64,000 nt of DNA from an uncultured delta proteobacterium (GTDB lineage Bacteria > Myxococcota_A > Polyangia > Haliangiales > Haliangiaceae). The stretch covers positions 928,001-992,000 of the forward strand of contig CAWKDB010000002.1 in the NCBI GenBank assembly GCA_963848295.1, read 5' to 3'. The position numbers were made by a program, and so were the translations under genes. A model generated the notes under the pieces. The model was not told the DNA's origin, ran no database searches, and saw only the letters and a program-made list of their open reading frames with translations. Each line of letters begins with the position of its first letter. Positions within the stretch are counted from its first letter, which is position 1. Positions 48,454 to 62,116 of the stretch are shown in pieces.

Positions 48454-48612
48454 ATGGCTTCCAACACCTCCTCCACTCGCGTCAAGCGTAAGAACAAGCA
48501 CGAGAAGGCGGGACGCCGCCGCAAGAACAAGCTCGCGAAGAAGTCGACCGCGTCGGCGGTCGAGCTGTTCGCGGCGCTCGGTTCGCCGGGCAAGCCCGCT
48601 CCACGCGCCTGA
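48454..48612 (+). CDS. Small basic (Lys/Arg-rich) protein
   Basis: MASNTSSTRVKRKNKHEKAGRRRKNKLAKKST...; GC3-rich codons; upstream promoter. Confidence 0.65.
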   Translation: MASNTSSTRVKRKNKHEKAGRRRKNKLAKKSTASAVELFAALGSPGKPAPRA

Positions 48613-48618
48613 CGCACC

Positions 48619-49083
48619 GTGCGTCGGCTCGCCGCCGTCCTCGTGTTCGCGGGTGCCGCCGGCGGCCTCGCGCTCACCGCCTTCGGCTGGTACGTGCGCG
48701 GGTCGGCTCTCGACCGTTCGAGTCACTTCGTCCGCGGGTTCGCGCTGGTGTTCGCGTACGGCGGCACGGCACAGCTCATCGGGATGCTCGCGGTCGCGAT
48801 GTGCGGGCTCGGAGTCGGTGTCGCGATCTGGCGCGGCTCGCGCACGGCGTGCCTCGGCGCGGTGGTCGCGTCGGCGGCGATGATCGCGCTGGTGTGGGTC
48901 GCGCGCTCGATGGCGATCCGGCTCGAGGACCCTAGGTTCGTGCACAAGAGCCCGTACGTGCAGGCGGCGACGTCGTTCGCGATCGCGGTCACGTGCTACG
49001 CGGCGCTGCTCGGCATCGCGTCGGCGGTCGCGTGGATCATGGAACGTCGGCCGAAACTCGATCGACCCCGAACACCCCTTTGA
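48619..49083 (+). CDS. Hypothetical membrane protein
   Basis: About four hydrophobic segments. Confidence 0.55.
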   Translation: MRRLAAVLVFAGAAGGLALTAFGWYVRGSALDRSSHFVRGFALVFAYGGTAQLIGMLAVAMCGLGVGVAIWRGSRTACLGAVVASAAMIALVWVARSMAIRLEDPRFVHKSPYVQAATSFAIAVTCYAALLGIASAVAWIMERRPKLDRPRTPL

Positions 49084-51200
49084 TCCGCGACAGCGAGCGG
49101 ATCACCTGCTTGAGCTGATCGAGATCTTTGACCAGCGCGTGGAACGTATTGACCGCACGGCCATCCTCGGTCGCGCGGCAGTGCGCTTGCGTGATGTTGA
49201 CGCCCTGATCGGTGAACGACTGGGAGATGTGCGCGAGCAGCCCGGGCTTGTCGGCGCACATGACCTGGATCGCGACCTCGTGCTGCGCCTTGCTCGCGCC
49301 ATCCCATTCGACCTCGATCCGGCGATCGGGATCGAGGTCGAGCCCCTTGTCGCAATCGCGGCGATGCACGGTGACGCCGCGGCCGCGCGTGATGAACCCG
49401 ATGATCGGATCGCCGGGCAGCGGGCGTGCAGCACTTCGCGAACCGCACGAGGATGTCCTGCTCGCCCGCGACCTTGATGCCCGACGACGTCGTGCGGCGC
49501 GTGACCTTGCGGAGCAGCGTCTTCAACATGCTCTCCGGCTTCGCCGCGGGCTCGTCGCCCTTCTTCGCGAGGTCGGCCTTCTCGAGCACCTGCTGGACCG
49601 TGAGCTTGCCGTAGCCGAGCTGGACGATCAGCTCGTCGACGTTCGCGCACCCGAGCTCCTTCGCGGCGTGCAGCAGCTGCTTCTCGGCGCGGTTCGGCGA
49701 GGTGTCGTGCTTGCGCAGCGCCTTCTCGAGCAAGTCGGTGCCGAGCGACACCGCCTTGTCGCGTTGCTCCTCGCGCAGCAGGTAGCGAATCTTCGTGCGC
49801 GCGCGCGCGGTCTTGACCAGCTTCAACCAGTCCTTGTTCGGCTTCTGGTTCGGGCTCGTGATGATCTCGACCGTGTCGCCGTTGCGCAGCTGGTAGCGCA
49901 GCGGCACGATCATCCCGTTGACCCGCGCGCCGGAGCAGTGGTCGCCGATGTTCGAGTGCACCGCGTACGCGAAGTCGATCGGGCAGCTCCCTTTGGGCAG
50001 GGGCTTGACGTCACCTTGCGGCGTGAACACGAACACCTCGTCGCCGAACAAGTCGATCTTGACCGACTCGAGGAACTCGGTCGGGTCGCGCAGCTCCTTC
50101 TGCGCCTCCATGAGCTGGCGCAGCCACGCGAACTTCTTGTCGTCCTCGAGCGAGAGCAGGGTCGCGGAGCCGTCCTTGTACTTCCAGTGCGCCGCGATGC
50201 CGTGCTCGGCGACGACGTTCATGTCGTTCGTGCGGATCTGGACCTCGATGCGCTCGCCCTTCGGGCCGATCACGGCGGTGTGCAGCGACTGGTAGAGGTT
50301 CGGCTTGGGCAGCGCGATGTAGTCCTTGAACCGGCCGGGGATCGGCGTCCACGTCGAGTGCGCGACGCCGAGCGCCTGATAGCAGTGCATCTGGCTGTCG
50401 GTGATCACGCGAAAGCCGATCGAGTCGTGGATCTCGGCGAACGGCCGCTGCGTCCGCTTCATCTTCGTGTAGATCGACCACAGGTGCTTCGCGCGGCCCA
50501 TGACCTCGCACGGCACGCCCCCTGTCTCCATCTCGGCTTTGATCAGCTTCTCGACGTGGTGGATGTAGTCCAGCCGCTCGGCGCGGGTCTTCGCGATCTC
50601 GCCCGCGAGCTGCTCGTACTCGCCCGGATAGATGTACTTGAACGCGAGGTCCTCGAGCTCGACCTTGATCCACTGGATACCTAGCCGATTGGCGAGCGGC
50701 GCGTAGATCTGCATCGTCTCGGCGGCGATGCGCTCCTGCTTCTCGGGCGGCAGGTGATTGAGCGAACGCATGTTGTCGAGCCGGTCGCACAGCTTGACCA
50801 GGATGACGCGGATGTCGCGCGCCATCGCGAGCAGCATCTTGCGGAAGTTCTCCGCTTGCTGCTCCTCGCGCGTCGAATAGGGCAGCTTGCCGAGCTTCGT
50901 GACGCCATCGACGAGGAACGCGATCTCCTTGCCGAACAAGTCGCCGAGCTGGTCGACGGTGGCGGTCGTATCCTCGACGCAATCGTGCAACAAGCCCGCG
51001 CACACCGACGCGACGTCGAGCTTGAGCTCGGCGATGATCTGCGCGACCGCGAGCGGGTGCGAGACGTACGGATCGCCCGACTTGCGGGTCTGGCCTTCGT
51101 GGGCGTGCGACGCGAACTCGTAGGCTCGGCGCAGCATCCCGACGTCTGCGGTCGGGTGGTAACCCGCGATTTCAGAGAGGATCTGGTCGAATCGGTGCAC
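49037..51200 (-). CDS. relA: RelA/SpoT homologue (one extra base near 49423)
   Basis: HEGQ.RKSG.PY..HP, LLHD, APLANRLG, FKDYIA.PK.N.YQSLHT, TGS (DFAYAVHS); C-terminal ACT domain after the shift. Confidence 0.95.
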
Positions 51201-51256
51201 AGCTAGAGCGAGCCGGCGAGCACCGGCTCATCCGGCAATGTAGCACGCGACCCGGG

Positions 51257-51949
51257 TCACTCCGAGGCGAGGGTGTCGTCGAACTTCCACAGGAACTCGA
51301 ACGCGTGCCCGCTGCGCCTGATGATGAGCTTCAGCCACCGGACGTTCTTGCTCATCATGTCGCGCTGATAAAATACGAAGTCGGCGTTGCCGCGATAGAC
51401 CGACAGCGTGCCGAGCGTCATCGGCCGCCTCCAGCCCGAGTACTCGTCATGGCCGATCGTGTTGATGCAGCCACCGCCTGCGTCGCGACCGTGCGAATCG
51501 CAGATCGCGGTCTGCTGCTCGCGGCCCCACATCTGCGTGATGATATGGGTTCGCGCGTGCTCGACCGTCTCGGGCCTCCACTCGTGGCCCTTGTCGTCGA
51601 CGAGCTCGACGTCCCACGTGTTCAGGTCGGCCCACTCTTCCCATTTGTGATCGAGCTGGACGTGGAACCGCAGCCGATCGCGCGACACCATCGTGAAGCT
51701 GGCTTCGTTGAACAGCGGATAGTGATGGTTGTGAACCGGAGACGACTCGCGGTCGCGCACATTGGTGACCGGCGCGTCCGGCATGTCGAGCTCCATGTCG
51801 CCGGTCACGATCGAGATCTTCTCGGATTGGCGCAGCGTGTCCGCCGGCGTGTCGAGCGGGTTCGGCTGGATCGCCACCGCGGTGAACGTCCGCCCGCAGC
51901 CGGCGGCGAGCGCAGCCACGACCACGGCCGACGCGACGCTGCCGCCCAT
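51257..51949 (-). CDS. Hypothetical lipoprotein
   Basis: LAAGC lipobox. Confidence 0.6.
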   Translation of the reverse strand: MGGSVASAVVVAALAAGCGRTFTAVAIQPNPLDTPADTLRQSEKISIVTGDMELDMPDAPVTNVRDRESSPVHNHHYPLFNEASFTMVSRDRLRFHVQLDHKWEEWADLNTWDVELVDDKGHEWRPETVEHARTHIITQMWGREQQTAICDSHGRDAGGGCINTIGHDEYSGWRRPMTLGTLSVYRGNADFVFYQRDMMSKNVRWLKLIIRRSGHAFEFLWKFDDTLASE

Positions 51950-51984
51950 AGCTCCACTTTCGCTCGGTCGAGCAACGTCGTCAA

Positions 51985-52668
51985 TTACGGAGTGATGAGC
52001 TTGCGCGCGAGGCGCTCGCTGCCCGATCCGCGGTTCGCTGCGACGAGCGCGCCGAGCTGCGCCAACGGGTAGGCCACGTCCGGGCGATCGGCGGTGCCGT
52101 AGCGCCGGGTCAGGTAGATCGCGCGCAACACCGCGTAAGCTCGATCGAGATCATCGTTGACGATCAGGTGTTGGTACTCGCCGTAGTGCTCGAGCTCCTC
52201 GATCGCAGTGCGCAACCGGCGCTCGATCACCTCTGGAGCATCGGTCGCACGCTGTCGCAGGCGAGAGGCGAGGATCTCGAGATCGGGCGGCAGGATGAAG
52301 ATCTTCAACGAATCAGCCGGCCAGCGCGCCGATAACGCCGCTCCGCCCTGCCAATCGACGTCGAAGATCACGTCTCGACCGGCGGACAGCGCGGCCTCGA
52401 TCGGCGCTTGCGCGGTGCCATAGCGGTTGCGATGGACGAACGCGTGCTCGGCGAACTCGCCGTGCTCGACCATGTCCTCGAAGGTCGCGGTCGTCACGAA
52501 GTGATAGTCGCGGCCCTCGACCTCGCCCGTGCGCTGTGGTCGGGTCGTGTACGACACCGAGAACTCGAGCTGCGGACCGAACTCCTCGAGCAGCCGCCGG
52601 GTGAGCGTGGTCTTACCCGCGCCGGACGGCGACGACACGATCACGAGCACTCCGCGGTCCGCGGTCAC
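51985..52668 (-). CDS. gmk: Guanylate kinase
   Basis: SPSGAGKTT, SVSYTTRPQR.GE..G.DY.F, DVDWQG. Confidence 0.95.
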   Translation of the reverse strand: MTADRGVLVIVSSPSGAGKTTLTRRLLEEFGPQLEFSVSYTTRPQRTGEVEGRDYHFVTTATFEDMVEHGEFAEHAFVHRNRYGTAQAPIEAALSAGRDVIFDVDWQGGAALSARWPADSLKIFILPPDLEILASRLRQRATDAPEVIERRLRTAIEELEHYGEYQHLIVNDDLDRAYAVLRAIYLTRRYGTADRPDVAYPLAQLGALVAANRGSGSERLARKLITP

Positions 52669-52687
52669 CGCAGCATCTTCGCATATT

Positions 52688-53551
52688 TCACTCGACGTTC
52701 TGGACTTGCTCTCGGATCTTCTCGAGCCCGGCCTTGGCGTCGACGACGATCGCGGTGAGCTCGGCCGCCGCCGACTTGCTGCCGACGGTGTTGAGCTCGC
52801 GTCCGATCTCCTGGATCAGAAAGTCCAGCTTGCGGCCGACCGGGCCGCTCGCCGCGACCAGCGCGGTGGCCTGCGCGAGGTGCGAGGTGAGCCGGACGAG
52901 CTCTTCGGTGACGTCGGCCCGGTCGGCGAGCAGCGCGGCCTCCTGGGCGAGGCGCACCGGATCGACGGTGGCATCGCCGACGAGCTTGCGGATCCGGTCG
53001 TCGAGCCGGCGCCGCAGCTGATCGGGCACATCGGCCGCGATCGTCGCGAGCTGGTTGCGCGCGCGGTCGAGCTCGGCGAACCGCGCGGTCAAGTCGCGAG
53101 CGAGCGCGGCGCCTTCCTGGTCCCGCATCGCGCCGAGCGCGCCGAGGGCGGCATCGAGCGCGGCGAGCACCGCGGGTTGCGGGTCAGCGCCGTCGGGCTC
53201 CGCGTCGGCCGGGCCCATCACTCCGGGCTGCGCGAGCACGAGCGCGAGATCGGGCGCGTGAATCCGCAGCTGACTCGCCAGGGCCGCGAGATCGGCATGT
53301 GCCGCGACCGCGGCGGCGCGATCGATGCGCGATCCCGTTCCCGTCGGTCGCGCGACGTGGATCTGGATCGTGACCGAGCCGCGCTCGACCGCACCGCGGA
53401 CGCGCGCCGACACCGCATCTTCGACCGCCGGGCCGACCACGCCGCGCAGCTTGAGATCGAGGAAGCGGTGATTGACGCTGCGAGCGTCGACCGCGGCGCG
53501 CACGCCCGCGACCTCGGCTACGCCACGCCCGAACCCGGTCATGCTGCGCAC
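52688..53551 (-). CDS. yicC: YicC/YloC endoribonuclease family
   Basis: MRSMTGFGR, RSVNHRFLD, GRKLDFL.QE..RE.NT.GSK, REQVQNVE. Confidence 0.95.
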   Translation of the reverse strand: MRSMTGFGRGVAEVAGVRAAVDARSVNHRFLDLKLRGVVGPAVEDAVSARVRGAVERGSVTIQIHVARPTGTGSRIDRAAAVAAHADLAALASQLRIHAPDLALVLAQPGVMGPADAEPDGADPQPAVLAALDAALGALGAMRDQEGAALARDLTARFAELDRARNQLATIAADVPDQLRRRLDDRIRKLVGDATVDPVRLAQEAALLADRADVTEELVRLTSHLAQATALVAASGPVGRKLDFLIQEIGRELNTVGSKSAAAELTAIVVDAKAGLEKIREQVQNVE

Positions 53552-53583
53552 GCCGCTTGGATAACACGGGTAGAGTCTGCGAC

Positions 53584-54714
53584 GTGCGCGTCGCGCAGGT
53601 TGTATGGCTGAGCTCGCTGCTCGCGTCGTGCGGGCAGAGCGCGTCGCGAGCTCCCGCGATCAAGTTCCTGCACACGTTCGGCGCCGACGAGACCGAGCTG
53701 TTCAACGCGACGATGGCGGAGCGCGGCCTGCGGGTCGATTCGTCGCTCGTGCCGTTCGCGCGCGGCCAACAGGTCATCAGCGCGATCCTGACCGCGCGCG
53801 TGAATTGCCCGGACTTGATCCGGATCGACGCGACGTGGCTGCCCGGGCTCACCGCGGCGAATCTGCTGGCGCCGGTTCCCCCTGGCGTCGAGACCGGCGA
53901 TTGGCTGCCCGAGGCCGCCGCGCTCGTCGGCCCGGCGCCGTGGTACGCGCTGCCCGAAACCGTCGACGGCTTGCTGGTCGTTCGCGATGAGGCGGCGCCG
54001 GCGCCGGCGAGCTCGTCGATCGGCGACCTGATCGCGGCGGCGCACGCGGCGCAATACGCGGCACGCCGCTATCCGCTCGGCGTCCGCGTCGACGGTTATT
54101 GGTTTCTGCCGTGGCTGCGCGCCGAAGGTGACGAGCTCGTACTGTCACCGCGCAACGACGACGGCGCGACCCGCGCGCTCGCGAGCTTCGCGTCGGTGTT
54201 CGGCGACGTCGCCCGGCCCCCGCCACCCCAGGGTAGCGAGGCGCCGGACGAGCTCCGGCGCTGGACCGCGCACGATGTGGCGTACTGGGTGACCGGCCCG
54301 TGGCAGCTCGGCGCGCTTCGCGACCGCGACCGCATCGCGATCACGCCGCTCGCTCACGCGCCGCGCGGCGGCCAGCTGCTCGTCGTGCCGAGGTGCGCGC
54401 AGAACCCGAGCGATGGCTGGCGGCTCGCGACCGAGCTGACGTCGGTCGAGGTCGAGCGCGTGTTCGCCGATGCGTTCGCGACCGTGCCGACGCGCAAGGC
54501 CGCGCTCGACGCCGCGCCGCCGCTCGTCCACGCCGAATACGAAGCGCTGCGCTCCGCCGAGATGCTACCGCGCGAGCCGGTGACCCCGCTGCTGTTCGAC
54601 GATCTCAACCCCGCGCTCGCCGCGGTCGTCGCGGGGGACGCAACGCCGGCCGAAGCGATGCACGGCGTGCGCCGCGGCTGGCTCCGGCTCGCGACGCCGA
54701 CGGGATCGCGATGA
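53584..54714 (+). CDS. Extracellular solute-binding lipoprotein (sugar-binding family)
   Basis: LASC lipobox, PDL.RID.TW, YALPETVDGL, TGPW; start inferred. Confidence 0.75.
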   Translation: MRVAQVVWLSSLLASCGQSASRAPAIKFLHTFGADETELFNATMAERGLRVDSSLVPFARGQQVISAILTARVNCPDLIRIDATWLPGLTAANLLAPVPPGVETGDWLPEAAALVGPAPWYALPETVDGLLVVRDEAAPAPASSSIGDLIAAAHAAQYAARRYPLGVRVDGYWFLPWLRAEGDELVLSPRNDDGATRALASFASVFGDVARPPPPQGSEAPDELRRWTAHDVAYWVTGPWQLGALRDRDRIAITPLAHAPRGGQLLVVPRCAQNPSDGWRLATELTSVEVERVFADAFATVPTRKAALDAAPPLVHAEYEALRSAEMLPREPVTPLLFDDLNPALAAVVAGDATPAEAMHGVRRGWLRLATPTGSR

Positions 54715-56473
54715 CCAGCTTGCGCTGGCGGGTGTTGATCGTGCTCGCGCTCGCGGTGCTCCTGCCGACCGTCGTCGTCGGCGCGCTCGCGATCGCGCGC
54801 GCTCGCAGCGACGTCGAGAGCGAAGTCCAGCGCGGCGCGCTCGCTCACATTCGCGCGCTCGGCGCGGCGCTCGACGCGACGTTGCAAGACGCGCGGCGCA
54901 CGGTCGAGCTCGCCGCCGCGGGTTGGGCCGACGCGCCCGACGACGCACGCGAGACCGCACTGTTGTTGCGCCGGTTGCGCCGCGAAGTGCCGATCGTCCA
55001 CTCGATCTCGATCCTCGATCCCGACGGCAAGCTGCTGTATGGCGATCCGGTGCCGGCCGATGTCGACATCGGCTCGCACAGCTTCGGCGGCTACATCGGC
55101 GACGCGGTGTTCGCGCCCGGTGGCCCGACCGTGCACCTCGTGGTTCAGGCGCGCGGCCGCACCGGCGAGCTGATCGGCGTCGTCGTCGCCTCGCTCGATC
55201 TCTCGTTCGTGCGCGATACGATCGTCGCGGCGCGGCTCGGGCCCGGCGCGAAGGTCATCGTCGTCGACGGCGCCGGCGTCCCGGTCGCGACGTCGGACAA
55301 CACGCCGATCGCGCAGCAATCGCTCGTCGGTCGCGATCCTGCCGTCGATCGCGCGCTCGCATCGTCGGTCGAGGGCACGCTGTCGGCGAACGGCTGGGTG
55401 AGCGCGTATCGCAACCTGTCGAGCTATCAGTCGCTGCGGGGCGTGCGCTGGGCGATCTTGCACGAGCAGCCCGAGGCCGAAGCCTACGCGCTCGCGCGCC
55501 GCACCACACGCGACACCGCGATCATCGGCGGCATCGCGCTCGCGCTCGCGCTCGCCGCCGGCGTGTGGTTCGCGACCCGGTTGACTCGACCGCTCGCCGC
55601 GCTCGCCCGCCGCGCCGATGCGATCGCCGCCGGCAACACGAGCGACACCGCCCCGATCGACGGCCCGGGAGAGATCGGCGTGCTCGCCCAGCGTCTCGAC
55701 GAGATGGGCAAGCGCGTCGCCGAGCGCGCCGAGCTCCAGACCGCGCTCGCCCGCGGCGACCGGCTCGCGTCGGTCGGCGTGATGTCGGCGCAGGTCGCGC
55801 ACGAGATCAACAACCCGCTGACCACGGTGCTCGGCTACGCGAAGTTGTTGCTCGAAGACGAACAGCGGCCGCGCGAACGCGAGGCGATCACGCTGATCGC
55901 CGATGAAGCGGAGCGGATGAAGAAGATCATCGGCGGCCTCCTCGAGTACGCGCGTGCGCCGCGGGCGAGCGAACCGGAGATCTCGACGACCGGCGCGGTC
56001 GGCTCGTCGGTGCCCGAGGCGGTGATTCGCCACGTCGCGCTGCTGGTCGGGCCGCAGCTGCGCAAAGCTCGCGCCGAGCTGACGACCGAGGTCGCGAGCA
56101 GCGCGGCGATCGCGATCGAGGCGCACGCGCTGCAACAAGTCTTGGTCAACCTGGTCCAGAACGCCGCCCAAGCCGGGGCGACCGCGATCGCGATCACGGT
56201 GAAGCCAGCGCCGGGTGCGATCTCGACCGTGATCACGGTCGGCGATGACGGCCCCGGCATCGCCGTCGCCGATCGCGCGCGGATCTTCGACCCGTTCTTC
56301 ACCACGAAAGCCGCGGGCACCGGGACCGGCCTCGGCCTCGCGGTGTGCAAGCACCTGATCGCGACCGCCGGTGGCTCGATCGAGGTCGGCGATGGTGCGA
56401 ACGGCCGGGGCGCCGAGTTTCGCGTATCGATTCCGAACGCCCAACCCTCGCGCTCCGTGCTACTCACCCCAGC

Positions 56474-56477
<4 letters not shown>
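54711..56477 (+). CDS. Cache/HAMP sensor histidine kinase
   Basis: Two TMs, HAMP, AHEINNPL, NAAQA, FFTTK, GTGLGL. Confidence 0.92.
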
Positions 56478-57826
<1,349 letters not shown>

Positions 57827-57829
57827 AAT

Positions 57830-58816
57830 TCAGCGCAGCTGAGCCAGCGCGTTCGCGAAGTCGGCCGGCAGTGGGGCCTCGAGCTCGATCCGCGCACCGG
57901 TGACCGGATGGTCGAACGCGAGCGTCACGGCGTGCAGCGCTTGGCGACCGAGCGCGCGATCAGCCGCGGCCACGCGATCGTCACGCGAGCGCTGGCCATA
58001 GACCGGATCGCCGATCAGCGGCCAGCCATGATCGGCGGCGTGCACGCGAATCTGATGGGTTCGCCCGGTCTCGAGCACGAGGCGGACGAGCGCCGCGGCG
58101 TGCAGCGGCTCGACGACCTCCCAGTGGGTCACCGCCGACTTGCCGGTCGCGACCTTCGACGAGAACTCCTTGCGGTTCACCGGGTGACGCCCGTAGAGCG
58201 TGCGCAGCGTGCCGCGCGCGCCCGGCGGTGGCGGCGACGCGATCGCGAGGTAGCTGCGCGCGAGCGTGCCCTCGCCCCGGCTCTTCGCCGCGAACGCCGC
58301 GGTCAGCGCCGCGTGGGCGCGATCGGACTTCGTCGCGATCATCACGCCGCTCGTGTCTTTGTCGAGCCGGTGCACGATGCCGGGCCGCAACACCCCTCCG
58401 ATGCCGGACAGATCGCGGCAGTGAAACAACAGTGCGTTGACGAGCGTGCCCGACGCGTGACCGGGCGCGGGGTGGACGACGAGCCCGGCAGGCTTGTCGA
58501 TCGCGATCACGTCCGCGTCTTCGAACAGGATCGTCAGCGGGATGTCCTCGGCGAGGACCTCGAGCGGCTCGGGTGCCGGCACGCGGACCGCGATCGCATC
58601 GCCCGCGCGCAGCCGCGCACCGGCCTTGGTAGCGACCACGCCACCGACCGTGACGAGCCCAGCCTCGATCAGCTTCTGGACCTGCGCGCGCGACAAGCCG
58701 GCGACCGAGGCCGCGATCACCGCGTCGAGCCGGCTCCCGATCTCGTCGCCGGCGACCTCTAGCGCGAAGCGTTGTTCGTCGGCTTCATCGTCGGGGTCGG
58801 CATCCTCCGGCGTCAC
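57830..58816 (-). CDS. rluD: RluA-family pseudouridine synthase with S4 domain
   Basis: RLD, KPAGLVVHP, GIVHRLDKDTSG, TGRTHQIRVH. Confidence 0.9.
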   Translation of the reverse strand: MTPEDADPDDEADEQRFALEVAGDEIGSRLDAVIAASVAGLSRAQVQKLIEAGLVTVGGVVATKAGARLRAGDAIAVRVPAPEPLEVLAEDIPLTILFEDADVIAIDKPAGLVVHPAPGHASGTLVNALLFHCRDLSGIGGVLRPGIVHRLDKDTSGVMIATKSDRAHAALTAAFAAKSRGEGTLARSYLAIASPPPPGARGTLRTLYGRHPVNRKEFSSKVATGKSAVTHWEVVEPLHAAALVRLVLETGRTHQIRVHAADHGWPLIGDPVYGQRSRDDRVAAADRALGRQALHAVTLAFDHPVTGARIELEAPLPADFANALAQLR

Positions 58817-59079
58817 CAGATCTTCGACTTGACGTGCCCCTTCGACTTCACGAGCACGTCGACGATCGCGCGCTCGTAGATGTGCTGGCCGAAGATGTCC
58901 TCGGTGACGCGGCTCTTGAACAGCTCGCGACCTTCGTTGATCTCGTCGGCCATCACGTCGAACAGGTTGTCGTTGCCGATGCCCTCGAGGATTTTCGGCT
59001 CGTGATACAGGGTCAGGTCCGACGCGATCGCGCGCGCGAGCTGCCGTGCGCGCTTCGGGTTATCGATGAGGGTCGCCAT
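58813..59079 (-). CDS. Conserved small hypothetical protein
   Basis: RARQLARAIASDL.LY...EGRELF..RV pattern; GC3-rich; coupled to rluD. Confidence 0.7.
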   Translation of the reverse strand: MATLIDNPKRARQLARAIASDLTLYHEPKILEGIGNDNLFDVMADEINEGRELFKSRVTEDIFGQHIYERAIVDVLVKSKGHVKSKIW

Positions 59080-59111
59080 GACTCGATCGTGGGGCCGATG
59101 CGGCCTTGGGG

Positions 59112-60668
<1,557 letters not shown>

Positions 60669-60681
60669 CGCGAGCGGTCTA

Positions 60682-62043
60682 TCATGTAACGCCCGTGCGG
60701 GACACGACACTCGCGACGTAGCCGATGTCGCCCTCACCGAGCGTGCGCACGTCGAGCCAGACCCGACCGAGAGCGACGCGGGCGATGACCGGCACCGGGG
60801 CCGCGCGCAGCTCGCGATCGACGGCGTCCGCCGAAAGGCCGGCGAGCGTCACCGCGAACGAAGGGAGCTGCGCGGTCGGCATCGCGCCGCCGCCGACCGT
60901 CGACGTGTAAGGCTCGACCGCGACCGCGAGCCCGGGCACCGTGCCGATCAGCCCGGCGAGCCGCTCGGCGACCGCGCGCAACTCCGCGGCGGAGCGCGCG
61001 AGCATGCGCGCGACCGGCACGTCGGTGGCGCGACCGTCGCGATAGAGCGCGAGCGTCGCGGATAACCCGGCGAGCGTGAGCTTATCGGGGCGCAGCGCAC
61101 GCATCAGCGGATGCTCGCGCGCGGCGGCGATCGCGGTCGCCTTGCCGACGAGCAAGCCGGCCTGCGGCCCGCCGAGCAGCTTGTCGCCGGAGAACGCGAC
61201 GAGGTCGGCGCCCGACGCGACGGTCTCGGCGACGGTCGGCTCCTCGGGCAAGCCCCACGCGCGTTGCAGGTCGCGATCGACCAGCATGCCCGAGCCGAGA
61301 TCGACCATCGTCGGCAAGCCGTGCGCCCGCCCGAGCTCGACGACCTCGGCGCAGCCGACCTCGGCGGTGAAGCCGACGATCGCGAAGTTCGACCGGTGGA
61401 CCTTGAGCAACAGGCCCGTGGCCGGGCCGATCGCGCGCGCGTAGTCCGACAGCCGCGTCTTGTTCGTGGTGCCGACCTCGACGAGCGTGCCGCGCGACAA
61501 CGCGAGGATCTCGGGCAGCCGAAACGAGCCGCCGATCTCGATCAGCTCGCCGCGCGACACGATGACCTGTTTGTCGGTCGCGAGCGCCGCGAGACCTAGC
61601 ACCATCGCCGCCGCGTTGTTGTTGACGACGATCGCCGCCTCGGCGCCGGTCAGCGCGCACAGCACCTCGCGGAGGTGATCGTGGCGCGAACCGCGTTCGC
61701 CGCGCTCGAGATCGTACTCGAGGTTCGCGTAGCCAGCTCCGACGTCGTCGATCGCAGCGCGGGCGGCGTCGGCGAGCGGCGCGCGCCCGAGGTTCGTGTG
61801 AAGCACGACGCCGGTCGCGTTGATCACGCGGCGCGGCGTCGGGCGGGCGAGCGTGGCGGCGAACGCGGCGACGTGGGCGGCGGCCACCGTCGCGTCACGG
61901 CCGGCGAGGATCGACTCGCGTGCGGTCGCGATCGTACGCCGCGCCGCTTCGATCAACGCCCAGCGCGGAGCCGGCGCGAGCGCGGCGGCCTCGTCGGCGA
62001 GCGCGTGGACCGCAGGGAGCTGCGCGAGCCTTGGGTCTGCCAC
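60682..62043 (-). CDS. selA: L-seryl-tRNA(Sec) selenium transferase
   Basis: VINATGVVLHTNLGRAPL, VNNNAAA, EVGTTN.T, DLGSG, FSGDKLLGGPQAG. Confidence 0.95.
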   Translation of the reverse strand: MADPRLAQLPAVHALADEAAALAPAPRWALIEAARRTIATARESILAGRDATVAAAHVAAFAATLARPTPRRVINATGVVLHTNLGRAPLADAARAAIDDVGAGYANLEYDLERGERGSRHDHLREVLCALTGAEAAIVVNNNAAAMVLGLAALATDKQVIVSRGELIEIGGSFRLPEILALSRGTLVEVGTTNKTRLSDYARAIGPATGLLLKVHRSNFAIVGFTAEVGCAEVVELGRAHGLPTMVDLGSGMLVDRDLQRAWGLPEEPTVAETVASGADLVAFSGDKLLGGPQAGLLVGKATAIAAAREHPLMRALRPDKLTLAGLSATLALYRDGRATDVPVARMLARSAAELRAVAERLAGLIGTVPGLAVAVEPYTSTVGGGAMPTAQLPSFAVTLAGLSADAVDRELRAAPVPVIARVALGRVWLDVRTLGEGDIGYVASVVSRTGVT

Positions 62044-62116
62044 GGACGGAAAGCTACCAGATCCGGGATCGTGGTCGTGGACGTGCACGTGCCACCTGGC
62101 ATGTGCACGATCCGAG

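Noticed and set aside
49410..49430. Programmed frameshifting or pseudogene status for relA, gspE, gspG and sheath 2
   Set aside because: Single extra bases without slippery or stimulator context, in genes with intact motifs; best explained as sequencing error
60682..62043. Selenoprotein or tRNA-Sec near selA
   Set aside because: I saw no in-frame UGA at a catalytic Cys position and no tRNA-like sequence
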